From NCBI GenBank assembly GCA_035084275.1, contig CM068747.1, positions 23,994,001 to 24,058,000 of the forward strand: a stretch of DNA of 64,000 bases, in the 5' to 3' direction. Below are positions 1 through 12,980 of this stretch, one piece after another (position 1 is the stretch's first letter; each line of letters begins with the position of its first letter). The position numbers were made by a program, and so were the translations under genes. The DNA comes from Hydrolagus colliei. Lineage: Eukaryota. The notes under the pieces were generated by a model. It did no database searches. It had not been told where the DNA came from and saw only the letters and a program-made list of their open reading frames with translations.

Positions 1-423
1 CTCTGCTAGTGTGCAGGATTTTAACAGGTCTTTTTTAATGAGACTGAAGTTCACCATAATATTTAAAAATCTGCCGCATCTACAAATCATATCCTAATTG
101 TTGGTAAATCTGTCAATAGGATCTGCAGCCACATAACTACTTACGGGAGCCGATAGCTATAATGGCTCAATAATAAACCATGAAGGTTAGACTTCATGAA
201 TGGCTGGTTTATGTTGACAGACAGATGTTGGGTAAAACCTCTTAATAGACAGGCATAATAGCACCAAATACTGAAAAATTCTGCCACATGCCCTGAATCT
301 CCTCTTGCTAAACAATGTAGCTCACTGCATAAAGAGTCAGTTTTCTTCATTTGGAAAAACATGGTAATTATTTAACTGTGCTTGTGAACAATTACGGTAT
401 TTAATCTAAAAATGAATGCCTAC

Positions 424-471
424 CCTTCAATGGTTGATACAGCATTGCATTTTCTGGCCAAGGTTCTGCAG
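424..471 (-). CDS. MTX2: Metaxin-2 coding exon 2 (48 nt); the gene continues beyond the left edge of the window
   Basis: Minus strand reads ttttcacag|CTGCAGAACCTTGGCCAGAAAATGCAATGCTGTATCAACCATTGAAGG|gtaggc, encoding AEPWPENAMLYQPLK(G), close to human MTX2 AEPWPENATLYQQLKG. AG/GT boundaries present and the phase joins exon 1. Confidence 0.93.
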
Positions 472-1844
472 CTGTGAAAACAAAGGCACACACTAAATAA
501 ATACAGTACTGTACAGGAAATGTAACGGCACAGAGACTCAATTGTGAATTAAAAGTGATATAAAAACAACAGTTTCTATCCGTTTCAATGCAAAATGCCA
601 CTAGCTGCATGTACTTTCCTCCGAACACCAGGAACCCTAATTTTGCACTGAAGGATTACCATCATATTGGCTGTCTACGGTTACCAAAAAGGTCATCTGA
701 TATAACAGAAATGAAAGCAAAAATGATCTCCTAAATATAAAGTGAGGCTAAGTAATAATAATGGTAATGCATCATTTTTTTTAATAGTACCTTAGCTGAT
801 GTTCTCTCAGAATTACTTTAAATGCCAAACATTAAATGCCAACATGACTTAACACCCAAAAAGTTATACTGTATCATGTAAGTATTAAAAGCAGTTAATT
901 GAGTGCTTCTACAATTCTTTTTTTATAATTCATTTGTTTATATTACAGCTGGAATATTCTAGGAAAGAGAATTTAAAGAGGCAAATTAGTCAAGTCACAT
1001 TTTTAAGAAAGAGTAAATTTAAGCTTCTTTATTTGATGCTTGAAAAGAGTTTACACAAATTTAGTTAAGTCCTTTTGCAATTATAAGATTTATTCATGCA
1101 CTGATAGGAATATGTTTCACTGGTAAATCACATTTTCTTAAGAAACATTTAGATGCAGTCATTTGTCGACTGAGGTCACTCGACTCAGCATAACATAAAA
1201 GTACATTTTAATTGCTAAATGTAATGAAAATCTAATGTAGGTGTTCTATGATAGATTAGTGTGCTGCTAAATATTTTCTAGGTTTGCACTATATTGGTAC
1301 TAAGCTTGTTTAAGACAGATGTAGCGTTAATTGCCCTCTGTTAATTTTTAGACCACCCTAAACTAGACACATTGTCACACAGTTTCCAGTGTGTGACACT
1401 GGAAACTGCCATCTTCTCAACCCAAGACTGTCATATACAGTAACTATTCTGGAGTTGCTGGTTTTCAAAATACTAATCCATTTGAATACTAATTTAGTGG
1501 ACTGTCTACCCAAGAAGGCTGTCTAGGCAGAATCAATAGGGATGCTTAAACTAGAAACAAACAGCTACTTGGACAATAGAGGCATTAAAGGGCATGGTGA
1601 AAGGGCAGGCATTGAGATTAAAAGATCTGCCAAGATCTAATAAACCGAATAGCCATCTCCTGCTTTGCCACAATTGTAAGATGCAATTTCAGAAAAGCAA
1701 TTTTTCAGATTCCATAAAAACAAATTATTCATAAGGTATTAACATTCAGATGTAGGATATGAAAATAAAACAAAACTCATTTCCAAAAGGTTATCCACCA
1801 ACTGTTTTTTTTCCTGAAGAGTATTGCACTAACAGTGTAATATT

Positions 1845-2165
1845 AATAATACCTGTATTTGATAGAACACATTATTATACTGAAAAGTCTCAAAGCGTTT
1901 TACACAATGAGTTACTTTGACCTTTAGTGACTGCTATTATGCAGGCTAAAGATATCCTGTGCCAGCAATATTGAACAAACAGCAATGAGATGAATGACCA
2001 ATTAATCTATTTTGCTAAATTTGGGAGAGGGGCATTTTGGGCCAGGGGACACTTTGAGAACTCCCTGTTCATTGAATGCCCTAAAGATTGTATAGGGCAT
2101 TCATCGGTGTCCTATAGGATCTTTAATCCAGCAGACACCACTCTTTCAGTACTGCACTGGCATGG
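1845..2165 (-). mobile_element. Degenerate Deu-domain SINE fragment
   Basis: Shares blocks with the 2595-3015 element (ggccagg..acac..gagaactcc, ggatcttt.a.cca, cagtactgcactgg) and has a reversed SINE/L2-type tail. Confidence 0.55.
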
Positions 2166-2594
2166 CTGGCTATCGTCTACATATTCACTGTATTTAAAAA
2201 TATATAGATAATCATCAATGATATTGCATAAATTGATAAGACAAAAATTATTTAGTTCAAAATCTGTATGGGTGGATAAAACAAATAGGTCATAAGTTTG
2301 CAGGTGCATGTTTGGAAAGGCCATGATTTACATCAAAATTATTTTAATAAAAACAAGGATGAAATTCTTTAATATGAAACAAAACTATAAATAAAATGAT
2401 GCAGTCAATCAATTTGACAATGACAAATTATGTGAGTGAATTACTTCCTGCAATCTCGAGATTATTGTTTTACAGCTGAATTTTAAGTCTACCCAACCAA
2501 GAATGCTTCCAAAACACTTTGCTATATTTCAATTATAATACTGCAATTTCCTGCCCTAAATGTAGTAAAGCAATACTCAGCCTAGCACTATTCA

Positions 2595-3015
2595 CTCCAT
2601 TTTGATATTGCGCCTTATCACATCCTCAAAATGCTTCAAAGGATATACTATTAAGTGGAGTGACTGTGTATTTCATGGGAGAAATGCACCAGCCAGTTGC
2701 AGATAGCAATGTCCTACAAACAGGCATGGAGGGAATTACCAACTTTTTAAAAAATTGGGTATTGTTGGCCAGGACACTGGGAGAAACTCCATTCTCTTTC
2801 ATATAGTGCCATTGGATCTTCAACATCCACCTGAAGAGGGAGATGGGATCTCAATTTCAAGTCTTATCCAAAGGATAGTATCTTCAACAATGCAACATAT
2901 CCACAGCACTGCATTGGAGTGTGAATGTAGATGATGTGAGTTCAAACACCAATGTGAGTGAGGCTTAAACTCACAACCTTCTGATTCAGAGGACAAAATG
3001 CTACTCTGAGCCAGT
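2595..3015 (-). mobile_element. Near full-length Deu-domain SINE (SacSINE1/AmnSINE-like)
   Basis: Minus strand has a tRNA-like head (tggctcagagtagc...aggttgtgagtttaagcc), a Deu core (caggtggatgttgaagatccaatggcactat...ggagtttctcccagtgtcctggccaa) and an L2-like tail (gataaggcgcaatatcaaaatg). Family name is from recall. Confidence 0.7.
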
Positions 3016-3134
3016 CTGACACATATAATAAAGAATGGTGGGAATAGCTTTATCTCATCATTATTTAGAAAATGCTTTCTTGAGTTTGAGAAATACAACT
3101 GTATTTCCTGGTCAACCTTTGGAATTCCATCCAG

Positions 3135-3313
3135 CAATCCTTCTGCTTCACCCCCCTCTTAAGACACCACCCTTAAGTCCCATCTCAAGGCCCTCCTCTT
3201 CAACCGTGCCATCGGTCACCCCCCTTCCCTCCACCCATCCCAGCTCGGTTCCAAACCACTGACTGTTCTCCCAACGTGAAAGGCACTATACAAATGTAAT
3301 TTTGTTGTTGTTG
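3135..3313 (+). mobile_element. L2 LINE 3' end fragment
   Basis: ccttaagtcccatctcaaggccctcctcttcaaccgtgcc...gtgaaaggcactatacaaatgtaattttgttgttgttg; homologous to the reverse copy at 10372-10876. Confidence 0.7.
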
Positions 3314-5256
3314 TCAATGCAAAACTTTCGACATATTCAAACAATCCAGCATTGAGCTAACAGACACAATTGTCACATAACTCTACTGATATTATCATGA
3401 TAATAGCTGATGATCTGTCTGTGGTTTCCCCTTTATGAGAATGGTAAACCACAATAAAGGAGACAATGTGTAGCTAATAGAGACAACATTTCCAGGAGAA
3501 GTTATTAAAATAAAAGATTTTCTGCAATTTTGCAATAATCAATATACAATCTGCAATCTACCAGCAAACCCCAACATTACACAAACAACGGCGTTATTTC
3601 AAGAAAATAAATCTTCCATTAAATATTCTTTCAATAGCACTGGCAAAAGCAACAATAAAAATGCATATGAAATGAAACAAAATCACTTCATTATCCGAGG
3701 ATTAGCTCTTCGGATTTATTCATTACTTAAACTGCAGATTTTCTATATTTATGTAATAAAATATTATGATAACATTTTAATATTGAATGATACTATTTGC
3801 ATTCCCTTTCAGTTCCAGTATTAAATAAAGCCACGCTTGTTTAATTATGGTAATATCTACAAATGTTTTTACACAAGCACTCCAATTACAGGAAAACATA
3901 AAAATGTTTAAACAATTTCAAGCCACACTTAATAGCGACCAATGTTCAGTTATATTTAAAGCTGCCTGACAAGACTGGTGATGGCCAATAATTAATAGAA
4001 CAGTAAAACATCTCATCTGACATTTACAGCTGCAGATTTCAGAATAGAATAACAAACGTACAAAGAAAACTTGCATATAAAAAAATGCACATGCTGTAAA
4101 GTCTCTTGGATCACCAAAACACTAAAATTTCATGCTGCTTTAACAACTGCAGCCCATTGCTTCTGTCCATGATTTACGATACAAAATTCTCTTTAAACGT
4201 GCACATTGTGTTCTACTAAAATCAAGTCTAGTGTATCCTTGGGCTACAAAATTCTGTGGCATGTGGATTTACAGTTGTTTAGCTCACCACATCTACCACG
4301 AGAGCATGAAAAGATCTTCCTGAGGTCTTCTGTTCACCAACAGAGGTCTCTGTAACATTCAAGATTTTATTTTGAAATGTACAATTTAGTCTTTTTTTTA
4401 AGTCATTGTAATGTGTGATGACGTTTTATTTCTTAAAACTATATGCACAATTTAAAAAATCGAACAGCTGTAATACAAACACCACACTGGGTCAGAGACA
4501 GAGGAGACTGAATCTGTTTAAACCAGTAAGTGATAATCAAAGCACCTTAAAATTGTTTCAAGATTTACTGTCTCAGCTGAGAATTTGATGGAAGATGCAG
4601 TCACATAATTTTGATATTGGAAATCAGTGATTTCACAGCTGCATTTTGTTTAGGATATGATTCCTATTGAGGTTTGCTTTGGGACACGGCAAATTAGTAG
4701 ACATGTCCTGCCATGCCTGTTAGCATATTGCAAATCACTCAGTATTTTATGACTAATTCTGCGAATGCCTCATATATAATCAAATCACAGAAGTGAATTC
4801 TCTCACCAATCGCTACAAAAGTAGGATTTTCATATGCTTTCCACACCACTCAACTCATTCCTTCCAGGAATTCAGCAAGTAATTACAACTGCAGTCTTCC
4901 TTTCTTTGTACAATATCACGTTTTTATTAAAAAAAACTACTTACCAATTCTTCAATATATTTTATGCTACTCTTTATAACTGTGGGGCAGGACTTGGTAC
5001 GTATATTTCTTAATTTAAGAAAAACAGAGTGCTGAATTGTGCCACCGACTCTAGGGTATGTTCAAGAAAGATACACAGAAAAATAAAGGTTTAACTGTAT
5101 AAGCAATGCTTTACTTTAAATTTACCTGGTGTTGCTTTGCTGTAAAATAGGGTGCCTTTTTGTCACTTTCTTAATTGAAAGTTTATAATACCGCATATTT
5201 AAAATAACCTTGTATATGAAAATATTGCAAAGTACCTATGAAACTTTTAGATTCTA

Positions 5257-5422
5257 CACTCCTAGCCTCTGGAACTCCCTCTACCCCTCTCAGTCTGTCT
5301 TTATGTCTCACCTTAAACACTAACTCTATGATCACCTTCTCCCATGCTCAGGATCCAACCACATTTGTCAAGTGATCAGACACTACCCTTAGTGAAAAGG
5401 GCTACATATATTTAAATTGTTA
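5257..5422 (+). mobile_element. Old L2 3' remnant
   Basis: cctagcctctggaactccctc (PSLWNSL motif) followed by a degraded tail gtgaaaagggctacatatatttaaattgtt. Confidence 0.45.
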
Positions 5423-8010
5423 ATGTTCACTACATCCCAAATCCACATCCGCCGATCCTTGGGTTCTGGATTGGCTCTTAAGATTAGTCTGCAGATTCAT
5501 CCACTTCTTTCATCATTTCCTATGCAGTCATTCATCGATTTTCTACATCAGTAAGATTACCAAAAGCAGGAAAGGAAGCAGGGCAGGAAGCAGGGCAGGA
5601 GAAAGATGAATGAAGGATCTCCACACAAGTAAGGAGTGCTACAGACTAGTTGGGCCAAATGGCTGCTTCACAGCCCCCATCCAATCAACCACAACATCGA
5701 TGGGCAAGCTTTCAGCCACGCTGGTCCAAGAACAGCCAGGAAAGGCCTTTGAATCTCACTCTTGGGTAGCTTCTAGGCAGCCCTCATTGTTGGCAGACTC
5801 CGCCTGTACTTTATTAGGTTGGGTAGTAAGCATGTGGCTATATGTCACTGAGCTATTTATATATGTGGAAGACTGCAAGTCTGTGCTGTGTTACATGCAT
5901 CAAGAGGAAAAGAAAAACTATTCACAGCTCATTCCTGATGTTTCAACTTTTTTTCCCCACTTTCTGTGCTGCTCATGTTAATGAAATGAGCAAAAAAAAT
6001 CTTGAACGAAAACAACTACCCGTGGTATTGCTCTTTATCAACATGGTACTTCATGCACACAGCTTGCTATCATTAATGCAATATGACATCACATTTAATA
6101 ACAATTACAGGTAGTGTTATTGCCCCAAGTAGACCCATCAATAATCTCAAACAGTTAAAAAAAAATCCCTTTTGTAACCCTTACAAGTGATGCAAGCTTA
6201 AATGTATTCAAAACACCAGGAAATGAATGAAGCAGTGGGTTGCACAGCTTCATTTTTCACTCCTCAGACGTACAAATGTTAGGTTCTAATGTATTCCAGA
6301 ATCTTATGAAATCAAAATCTCGTATAAGAGCCTACAAATACCACTGCAATCAATGCAACATCAGCTCCCTGGCAAAGCCATTATATACTTCATATTAACA
6401 AAATTAAATACAACATTGACATTTACATTGATTTAAAATAACTGATGGCACTGTCAATTATTTTCGATTATTACGAAAGACACCAGCATTACAGGCAAAT
6501 GGCAAACAGTATTCTGTACATATATGTGTGCTGGTGTGCAAAGCAGGCAGGATTTATAAATGTTTGTTTCCCGCTACTGTGATGCGCTCTGAGATACCGT
6601 CTGGCATGGAGGGCGCTATATAAATCCAAGTTTTTGTTGTTGCTTCCAACACTTCAAGTTTTTTGACACACATTATACTGATGGCATATTGGTTTTCCTC
6701 AATTACCTTTAGAAATCAGGGATATATTTAATGAGATGTTTGTATTTTTAAAGAAGGATAATTGATGGAGAACATGAATTAAGAACATGTGACACTGTTA
6801 AAATCTTCACATTTGCCCAGCATCTACATTAGTTGTTGGCAGGTATTGTTGACAGGGATGTGTGAGATGAAGTAAGTTTCCATTTTATTTGTGCCTATCA
6901 CTGCATACTTTAAATCACAATAGACAATTTCACTATTTTAATACTTTGAAAATAAATATCTGATATGACAACAAGCAGGATTATCCTCTGTGTGTGTGGA
7001 TGGGGGGGAGGGGGGTAAACAGTGTCTCCTTGGTGATAAACTGGCTCAAGGAGACCTACTTCACAGCAGAATGTAGGAATCAAGTGAATCCTCTGTGGTT
7101 AGTTAGCTTAGTAGACTACTTTCTGAGCCATTTAGGTCCATGGACCTCCAGGGCACTGGTGATGACGCAGCCAGCTGGCTTGTCAGTAGGACTTGGGAGG
7201 GGCAGACTGGTCGGTCACTGGGGGCACAGACTCAACGCCTGTTAACCTTCCAAGCCAAAGCCCTAACAAGGAATGTGGTCCTATCTGCACACGAAGCTTG
7301 CCAGATAATGCGTTCAATTGCAAGCTGGACAGTTTTTGTTGGTTAAACTCTCGCAGTACCCCAAACACACATGCTGAGCTCCCCAAACCTTGACACTTGC
7401 CGACCTGTGTCTAAAATACTCCAGAATTAGCTAAGCATGGTGTATCCTGTTGAGTGTTGATCCAACTCCAAACGCAAGAATTTCTAAATTGTGTTAAGTT
7501 GTATAAATGGAGCTCTCTGGTCTGGATGCTCTTAATTACACTGAAATACTCCGCATGTGTCATTCTTTTGGCTGACCAAACAAAACTAGTATTTTAATTG
7601 CATTCATTTACATTGTGTGGCAAGGTGCAAGCCACAACTTTCCCTTTTGAATAATTTAAGGTAGTGATTTCACTTCTACCCATAACATAATTAAATAATG
7701 TACAGCTTGTATTACATTTCTGTACCGGTTTATCACTGCACACCTGTGCTCACCCTGACAAATACATTTCTGCAGCACCTGCTGATCAGAGGCCTACAAT
7801 TCTCATTTACGGTATTTTATTAGACCTTGATGTTTTCTAACTGTGTGTGTGTATGTACACACACATATATATATATTTACTGTATATACTGTATAAAGCT
7901 GTGAGTGTTATTCCAATGCAAACCTCCCCCCTCCCCGCTGGGCTGAGCTGACTCCAGGCCTGGGCCGGCTGCACACAGAGCGATGCCGAGTTCATGAGCA
8001 TTTCATTTAC

Positions 8011-8050
8011 CTGCCATTTGGGAGAATAGCACATCATGCGCTATGGACAT
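8011..8050 (-). CDS. MTX2: Metaxin-2 coding exon 1 (40 nt, ATG at 8050)
   Basis: gccATG TCC ATA GCG CAT GAT GTG CTA TTC TCC CAA ATG GCA G|gtaaat encodes MSIAHDVLFSQMA (human MSLVAEAFVSQIA). The phase-1 donor joins exon 2 in frame, and the exon lies next to a CpG-rich promoter. Confidence 0.88.
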
Positions 8051-8058
8051 GGCCGCTG

Positions 8059-8102
8059 CTCTCTCTCTCTCTCTCTCTCTGTCTGTGTGTGTGTGTGTGT
8101 GT
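8059..8102. repeat. Compound (CT)n(GT)n microsatellite just upstream of the MTX2 ATG
   Basis: Directly visible dinucleotide runs. Confidence 0.9.
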
Positions 8103-8119
8103 ATCTGTGTCTCACTCTG

Positions 8120-8275
8120 TGTCCTCGGAGTCGCCGCTCAAGGTTTGTCCGGTCGCGTAGTGAGCGGGCACCGGGCTGACGTCACCTCCGGCAGAGTCGG
8201 TTGCGTCACTTCCTGCCCCGGGCGGGCTGATGCCCAGACCAGACCTGACCAGCGCGCAGGCGCAGTGCGGTGCTG
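8120..8275 (-). promoter_or_regulatory. MTX2 CpG-rich housekeeping promoter (CRE, ETS/CRE composite, GC box, NRF1-like site)
   Basis: TGACGTCA at 8177-8184; TTGCGTCACTTCCTG at 8201-8215; GGGCGGG at 8220-8226; GCGCAGGCGCA at 8254-8264; high CpG density relative to the flanks. Confidence 0.75.
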
Positions 8276-8469
8276 AGCAATGACCTCTCAATGGGAGTCC
8301 ATTGTCTGTGACAAACATATATATGCATATGTGTGTGTGTGTGTGGGTAGGGGAATGGACCTGAGTCTGACAGCAGTGCAAAAGATGGGAGCTTCTTTTG
8401 CGTTGTGATAAGAATGACGATAATGATGAGGATAATAAATAACGATAATAAGGGCGTGATCTCTCCCTA

Positions 8470-8620
8470 AAATAAATAAAATAATTTGGTCACTCCAATC
8501 CCCGACTGTTTGCGGGATGCTGCCGTGTTTCACCCACAGAATATACAGTCAATTCACTTTACAGTATATCCTGTGAAGTGCTTTGAGACGTGTCACACTA
8601 TATCAAACGCAAGGATTATT
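8470..8620 (+). mobile_element. 5'-truncated tRNA-SINE (3' half)
   Basis: atatacagtcaattcactttacagtatatcctgtgaagtgctttgagacg...tatcaaacgcaaggattatt matches the 3' part of the SINEs at 11095 and 20146. Confidence 0.7.
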
Positions 8621-8711
8621 TTCCCCAGCAACTTCTGTGTTTGTTTCAGATTCCTAGCATCTGTAATATTTTGTGTTTTACAAGGATTACTCTTGTTATC
8701 TTCAAGTAAAA

Positions 8712-9022
8712 CAATAATAAAGTTGGTCATTTCATCCACAACTGCTCGTTGGGACACTGCTGTGCGCAATTGGCTGCCGCGTTTCGCCCACAAATATACA
8801 ACAACACAATTATACTTCTATAGAGCCTTTCACGTCAGGATGTCGTCCTAAGGTGCTGGACAGTCATTATTTCAGACTCGAGCTGGAGTCGGCGACGTGA
8901 AGGGTGGAGGGAAACGGGATATACAGTCAATTCACTTTACATTATATCCTGTGATGCGCTTTGAGACATCTAGAAGAAAAGCGAAAAGTGAAAAGCGCAA
9001 TATCAAACGCATGGATTATTTT
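8712..9022 (+). mobile_element. SINE 3' half interrupted by a reverse-oriented L2 3' fragment (8801-8918)
   Basis: The SINE body stops at ...cccacaaatataca (8800) and resumes at atatacagtcaattcac (8919). The insert resembles 10375-10490. Confidence 0.7.
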
Positions 9023-10371
9023 TATGTCTGTCTTATACACAATTTTTTTTCAAGATTCCTTTTCATGGATCGAATGACCTACAAGTTGATTGCAAACCGT
9101 TGTTTCCTTTATTGGATACGTACAACAAGGCTTTTTTCTCAAAAAACAGTGAAGCTTTGCCAAATCGTAATTCTGTTTCTGCAATGCAACCATCCGGCTA
9201 TTTCAGTCTACATTGGTGAAGTTGAAGCACCGCACTTTGCAACTATCAGCTTATGTGACTTCTGCTCACTCACATGATTTTGGGAGGGACTTTTAAAAAA
9301 AAGATTTAAAAAGTTAATCCAATTTCATTTTCTTCTATTCTTAAACATATAATATATAAAACATACATTGGAAATACTTTGCCTGAAAAGCTCCTTCCAG
9401 TTTTTGTGGCCTGAATTTCCTTGGGTAGTTGAGCACCTGAAACATGTGAAAACCCAACGCTATGTTCAACAATATCCCGACCAGAGTTCCATGAGTCTCA
9501 CCAACATGTAAACCTTCCCATGTATTGGAATGGAATGCACTATCTGCTTGGAAAGATGGATCCCGCTTATTTAATTCATCAGAGTATTAGAAACAGGCTG
9601 GCAAGAGCCAAGGCTTGGGGACTCCACAGTGTGCATTGAAGTAAGGGTAAACAGTAAGCAGCAAAGCACTGTTGGGTGAGCTTTCCACGACTTATCCAAT
9701 GAGGACTACTGAACCCATTAGTGCTTCAATTTACAAGGTTGAATAGGAGCCAGGGTTAGTATGAGTGCTTCCACAGACCACTACAGAGGGTTAACTTGAT
9801 TCCAACATTCCATTTCCAAGCACATTACCTTGGAGCTAGATCAGCTCCCACTCACCTCACCCTCACAGGAAGATAGTCCCCAGATGATTATTTGAAATCC
9901 CAATGTGCAGATTTGAGCCCTCACTTTGTGGATAGTAGGGAACAGGATCTCCCCACAGGCTTGTTGGTGAGCAGCATAGCTCAGCACGAAATGCACATAC
10001 GCTGCACTTACCAAAAAAGTATAACATGCTTGCAGGTCACAAAAGAATCTCTTCTAAGAAGACATGATTTTTGCTGAGTAGTCCAAGACCATAGCTTCCT
10101 TCCAAACCCCTTGGTAATGTTGGTACAAGTATAAAAGGCATGCGTCATGTCAACCTTAAACAAAGCAATGCGTTATGTCATAGTATATGAAAATGCAGAA
10201 AATATCCTGGCAGATCTACACTAAAATTAACAAAAGAAGCACAATATACCCTTTGCTGGCTGTACTAAGAAAAGTGCTGTTGCCAATTGGAAAACTTCCA
10301 TGACATTCCTCCATAAGTCCCATGTGTTCAAGATATATGATGCCTTCTCAAGAATGCACCTGATCTGCAAG

Positions 10372-10876
10372 AAACAACAACAGAAAACAAAATTACATTT
10401 TTTAGAGTGCCTTTCAGATCAGGATGACATCCCAAGGCGCTGAACAGACAGATTGGGACCCGAGCAGAGGAGGAATGGGAGGGTGGAGGGGAGGGGAGGG
10501 AGAGAGTTAGGAGGGAAGGGAGAGAGTTGGAGGGGCAGCAGAAGGCACAATCGAAGAGAAGCGTCTTGAGACTGGCCTTAAAGGAGGCAAGGGAGAAAGC
10601 GAAGTGAAGGGATTGTGCGTGGAGTTCCAGAGTGTGGGGGCAGAGTGGCTGAAAGGTAGGGCGGGTTGTGCAGGGGATATGGAGCAGACCAGAGTCTGTT
10701 CAACAGAGGGTGGGGGCAGGTTCATAGGATCACAGCAGATTGGAGAGATAGGAGGGGACAAGGCCGTGAATGGCCTTAAAAGTGAGGATGAGGATCTTGA
10801 ATTTGATCCTCTGAGGGATGGGGAGCCAATGGAGCTGGGTGAGGGTGGGAGTGATGTGGTTGCAGAGCTTGGTGCA
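10372..10876 (-). mobile_element. L2 LINE 3' fragment with decayed ORF2 C-terminus
   Basis: Minus-strand translation gives HITPTLTQLHWLPIPQRIKFKILILTFKAIHGL and, after frame disruption, FSHSAPTLWNS, both characteristic L2 ORF2 C-terminal motifs. A (TTG)-type tail is present. Confidence 0.85.
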
Positions 10877-11094
10877 GGCAGAAATTGAAACTGTTAGAAG
10901 CATCTAACCTTACATTGTACTTACGAAAACAACATAGTGTGATACATCCAAGAACAACATAAGGGAGGAAATTCAGTAGGTTCTTGATGACATTCAATTG
11001 ACATTATTAGAAATCAGTAAGCGTAAAAACATCTTTATATCTCAAGTGGATTATCAAGCCCTTGCTTGGAATTTGCCACCCTTCATGTAATTGT

Positions 11095-11402
11095 GGAGTC
11101 CTGTAGCTCAGTGGTTAGAGCACTTGTCTTACAAGTGAGAGACCCGGGTTCAATTCCCGGCAGGGTGAAACCTTGGACAAGTTTCCTAACTCCACTTGTC
11201 TGCTAACAATCCATTTAAAAAAATGGTCAAATCAATCCACGACTGTTTGTGGGACATTGCCCTGCACAATCAGTTGCCGCATTCCTCCCCATATATATAC
11301 ACTACGGTATAAAAACAGTATATTCTGTGAAGCTCTGTGAGACATCTAGAAGATGTGAAAAGTGCTATATCAAATGCAAGGACTATTATTATTAAATAAT
11401 AA
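11095..11402 (+). mobile_element. Full-length tRNA-derived SINE
   Basis: Pol III A box TAGCTCAGTGG and B box GGTTCAATTCC, a body, and the tail tatcaaatgcaaggactattattatt; second copy at 20146. Confidence 0.85.
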
Positions 11403-12664
11403 TATATCTATTAAATAAAAGAAAAGTAAACAGATTCACAGACAATGAAAACCAGAGCTGGTTCATGTTTTTAAAATAATGTATGTACTGAATTATAAAC
11501 ATTCTGATTTAAGCATGTTGCTGCTAAGTAAGAAAATATATCTAAATGAGTACAATTTAGGAGTTAACTTTATAGTCTCTTCAATCATTTATTCTTAAGA
11601 AAGTGAAATATTACTTGGCAGTTTAATTTCAAAACCCCGAATTAGAGCACTTGTCAGTCATTCACATATCTTAACCCTGATTTAGGGCAGTAGTCAGGCT
11701 GGAGATGGTCTGATGTACACTATGTATTTAGTGGTTAGCTATTAATGGATATCTCTTCGAATATGCTGCAAACTAATCACAAGCTAAAATATCATCTTCA
11801 ATATCTTTATAGTAGTCTTTTTATCTTACCCTATTGGCAAGAGAGTACTGCAGTCAATTTACTCTGATTATTTTTAAGCAAATTGCATCACAAGCTCTGG
11901 AAGATAGACAGTATAACTTAGTGAAACAAGCAGATTTAATTCTAAAATCAATACTTTTATCATATAATTAATCTGGATATGTAGCTATTGCTTCAAAATT
12001 GATTTTAATTAACAAAAACTCATGAAATAGCTAACTTGTGTTGTAAGAGATAGAGGAAGATACGATGAAACCAAAGAATAAAATGCTAGGATCATTTTAG
12101 GCCTTACAATTAACATTGCAGATGCAGAATACAGTATTAAGGGAATAAAATGTAAATATCCAGGAATGTTTCAATTTTGGTCTCCCGATAAAAAGGGGGT
12201 ATTGGATTAAGCAACTAAATTACTTTAGAGAAATTTGTAAATTTACATGTAAAGTTAAAGATGTTCAGTTTTTTCAGATATTTTGAGCAAAATATTTTAT
12301 GTTATCTTGGGGGAATTTCATCAGTTAATTATTGCTATTAGAAAAATACAATAATACTTGATAAAAGTTTGGGATGGGTTTTATTTCTTAGAGAAATGAC
12401 ATTGTTCAAACCCCACCTAGAATCATCCAGTGACCACGTTTGCTATTAACTTTAGAAAAGTTATAAAATGCTTAAAACGCCTTTTATTTAAAATAACAAT
12501 CAACTTGTAGTGCTTTGGACATGTGGGAAACAAAGAGAAAGTAGAAGTTTTAATCTTTGGTCTCAGGAAAAGAATAATACAACATGAAATTTAAAACAAA
12601 ATCAATATCCCATTGATAAAGGAATTAGTGCATCAAATTTTCTACATCCATCAAATATAGTTCT

Positions 12665-12980
12665 GGGGGTGTGCAGCATTTTAAGAGATGTGTTCCTTCA
12701 GATGTGATGTTAAAGGCGCTCTATAACTGTAACTTTATTTTCGTCGTTGTTAAAATTTAGGTCCTGCAGGCCCAGGTGGTTATTTAAGATCCCATGTCAC
12801 CATTCAACAAGAGAAGAGTGTTTGTCCCAATATGTTGGTCAACAAAACTGTTTATGGGAGATTTCTGTGTGAAAAATTTACTGCCATGTCCAAACACACC
12901 ACTTTGCGGTAAAGGATATAAAGCTCTTCAAGGCATCTTGATGACGTGATAAGGCACTATTATATAAAATGCAAGGATTG
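12665..12980 (+). mobile_element. Degenerate Deu-domain SINE fragment
   Basis: ccttcagatgtgatgttaaa...aagatcccatgtcaccattcaacaagagaagag...gataaggcactat...aaatgcaaggatt. Confidence 0.55.

Noticed and set aside
7837-8037. ORF-track 66-aa ORF as MTX2 exon 1
   Set aside because: Wrong frame; the real exon starts at ATG 8050 and ends at the donor at 8010.
11095-11170. tRNA gene
   Set aside because: It has A and B boxes, but the acceptor and anticodon stems are poor and it continues into a repeated SINE body and tail. The same applies to the copy at 20146.
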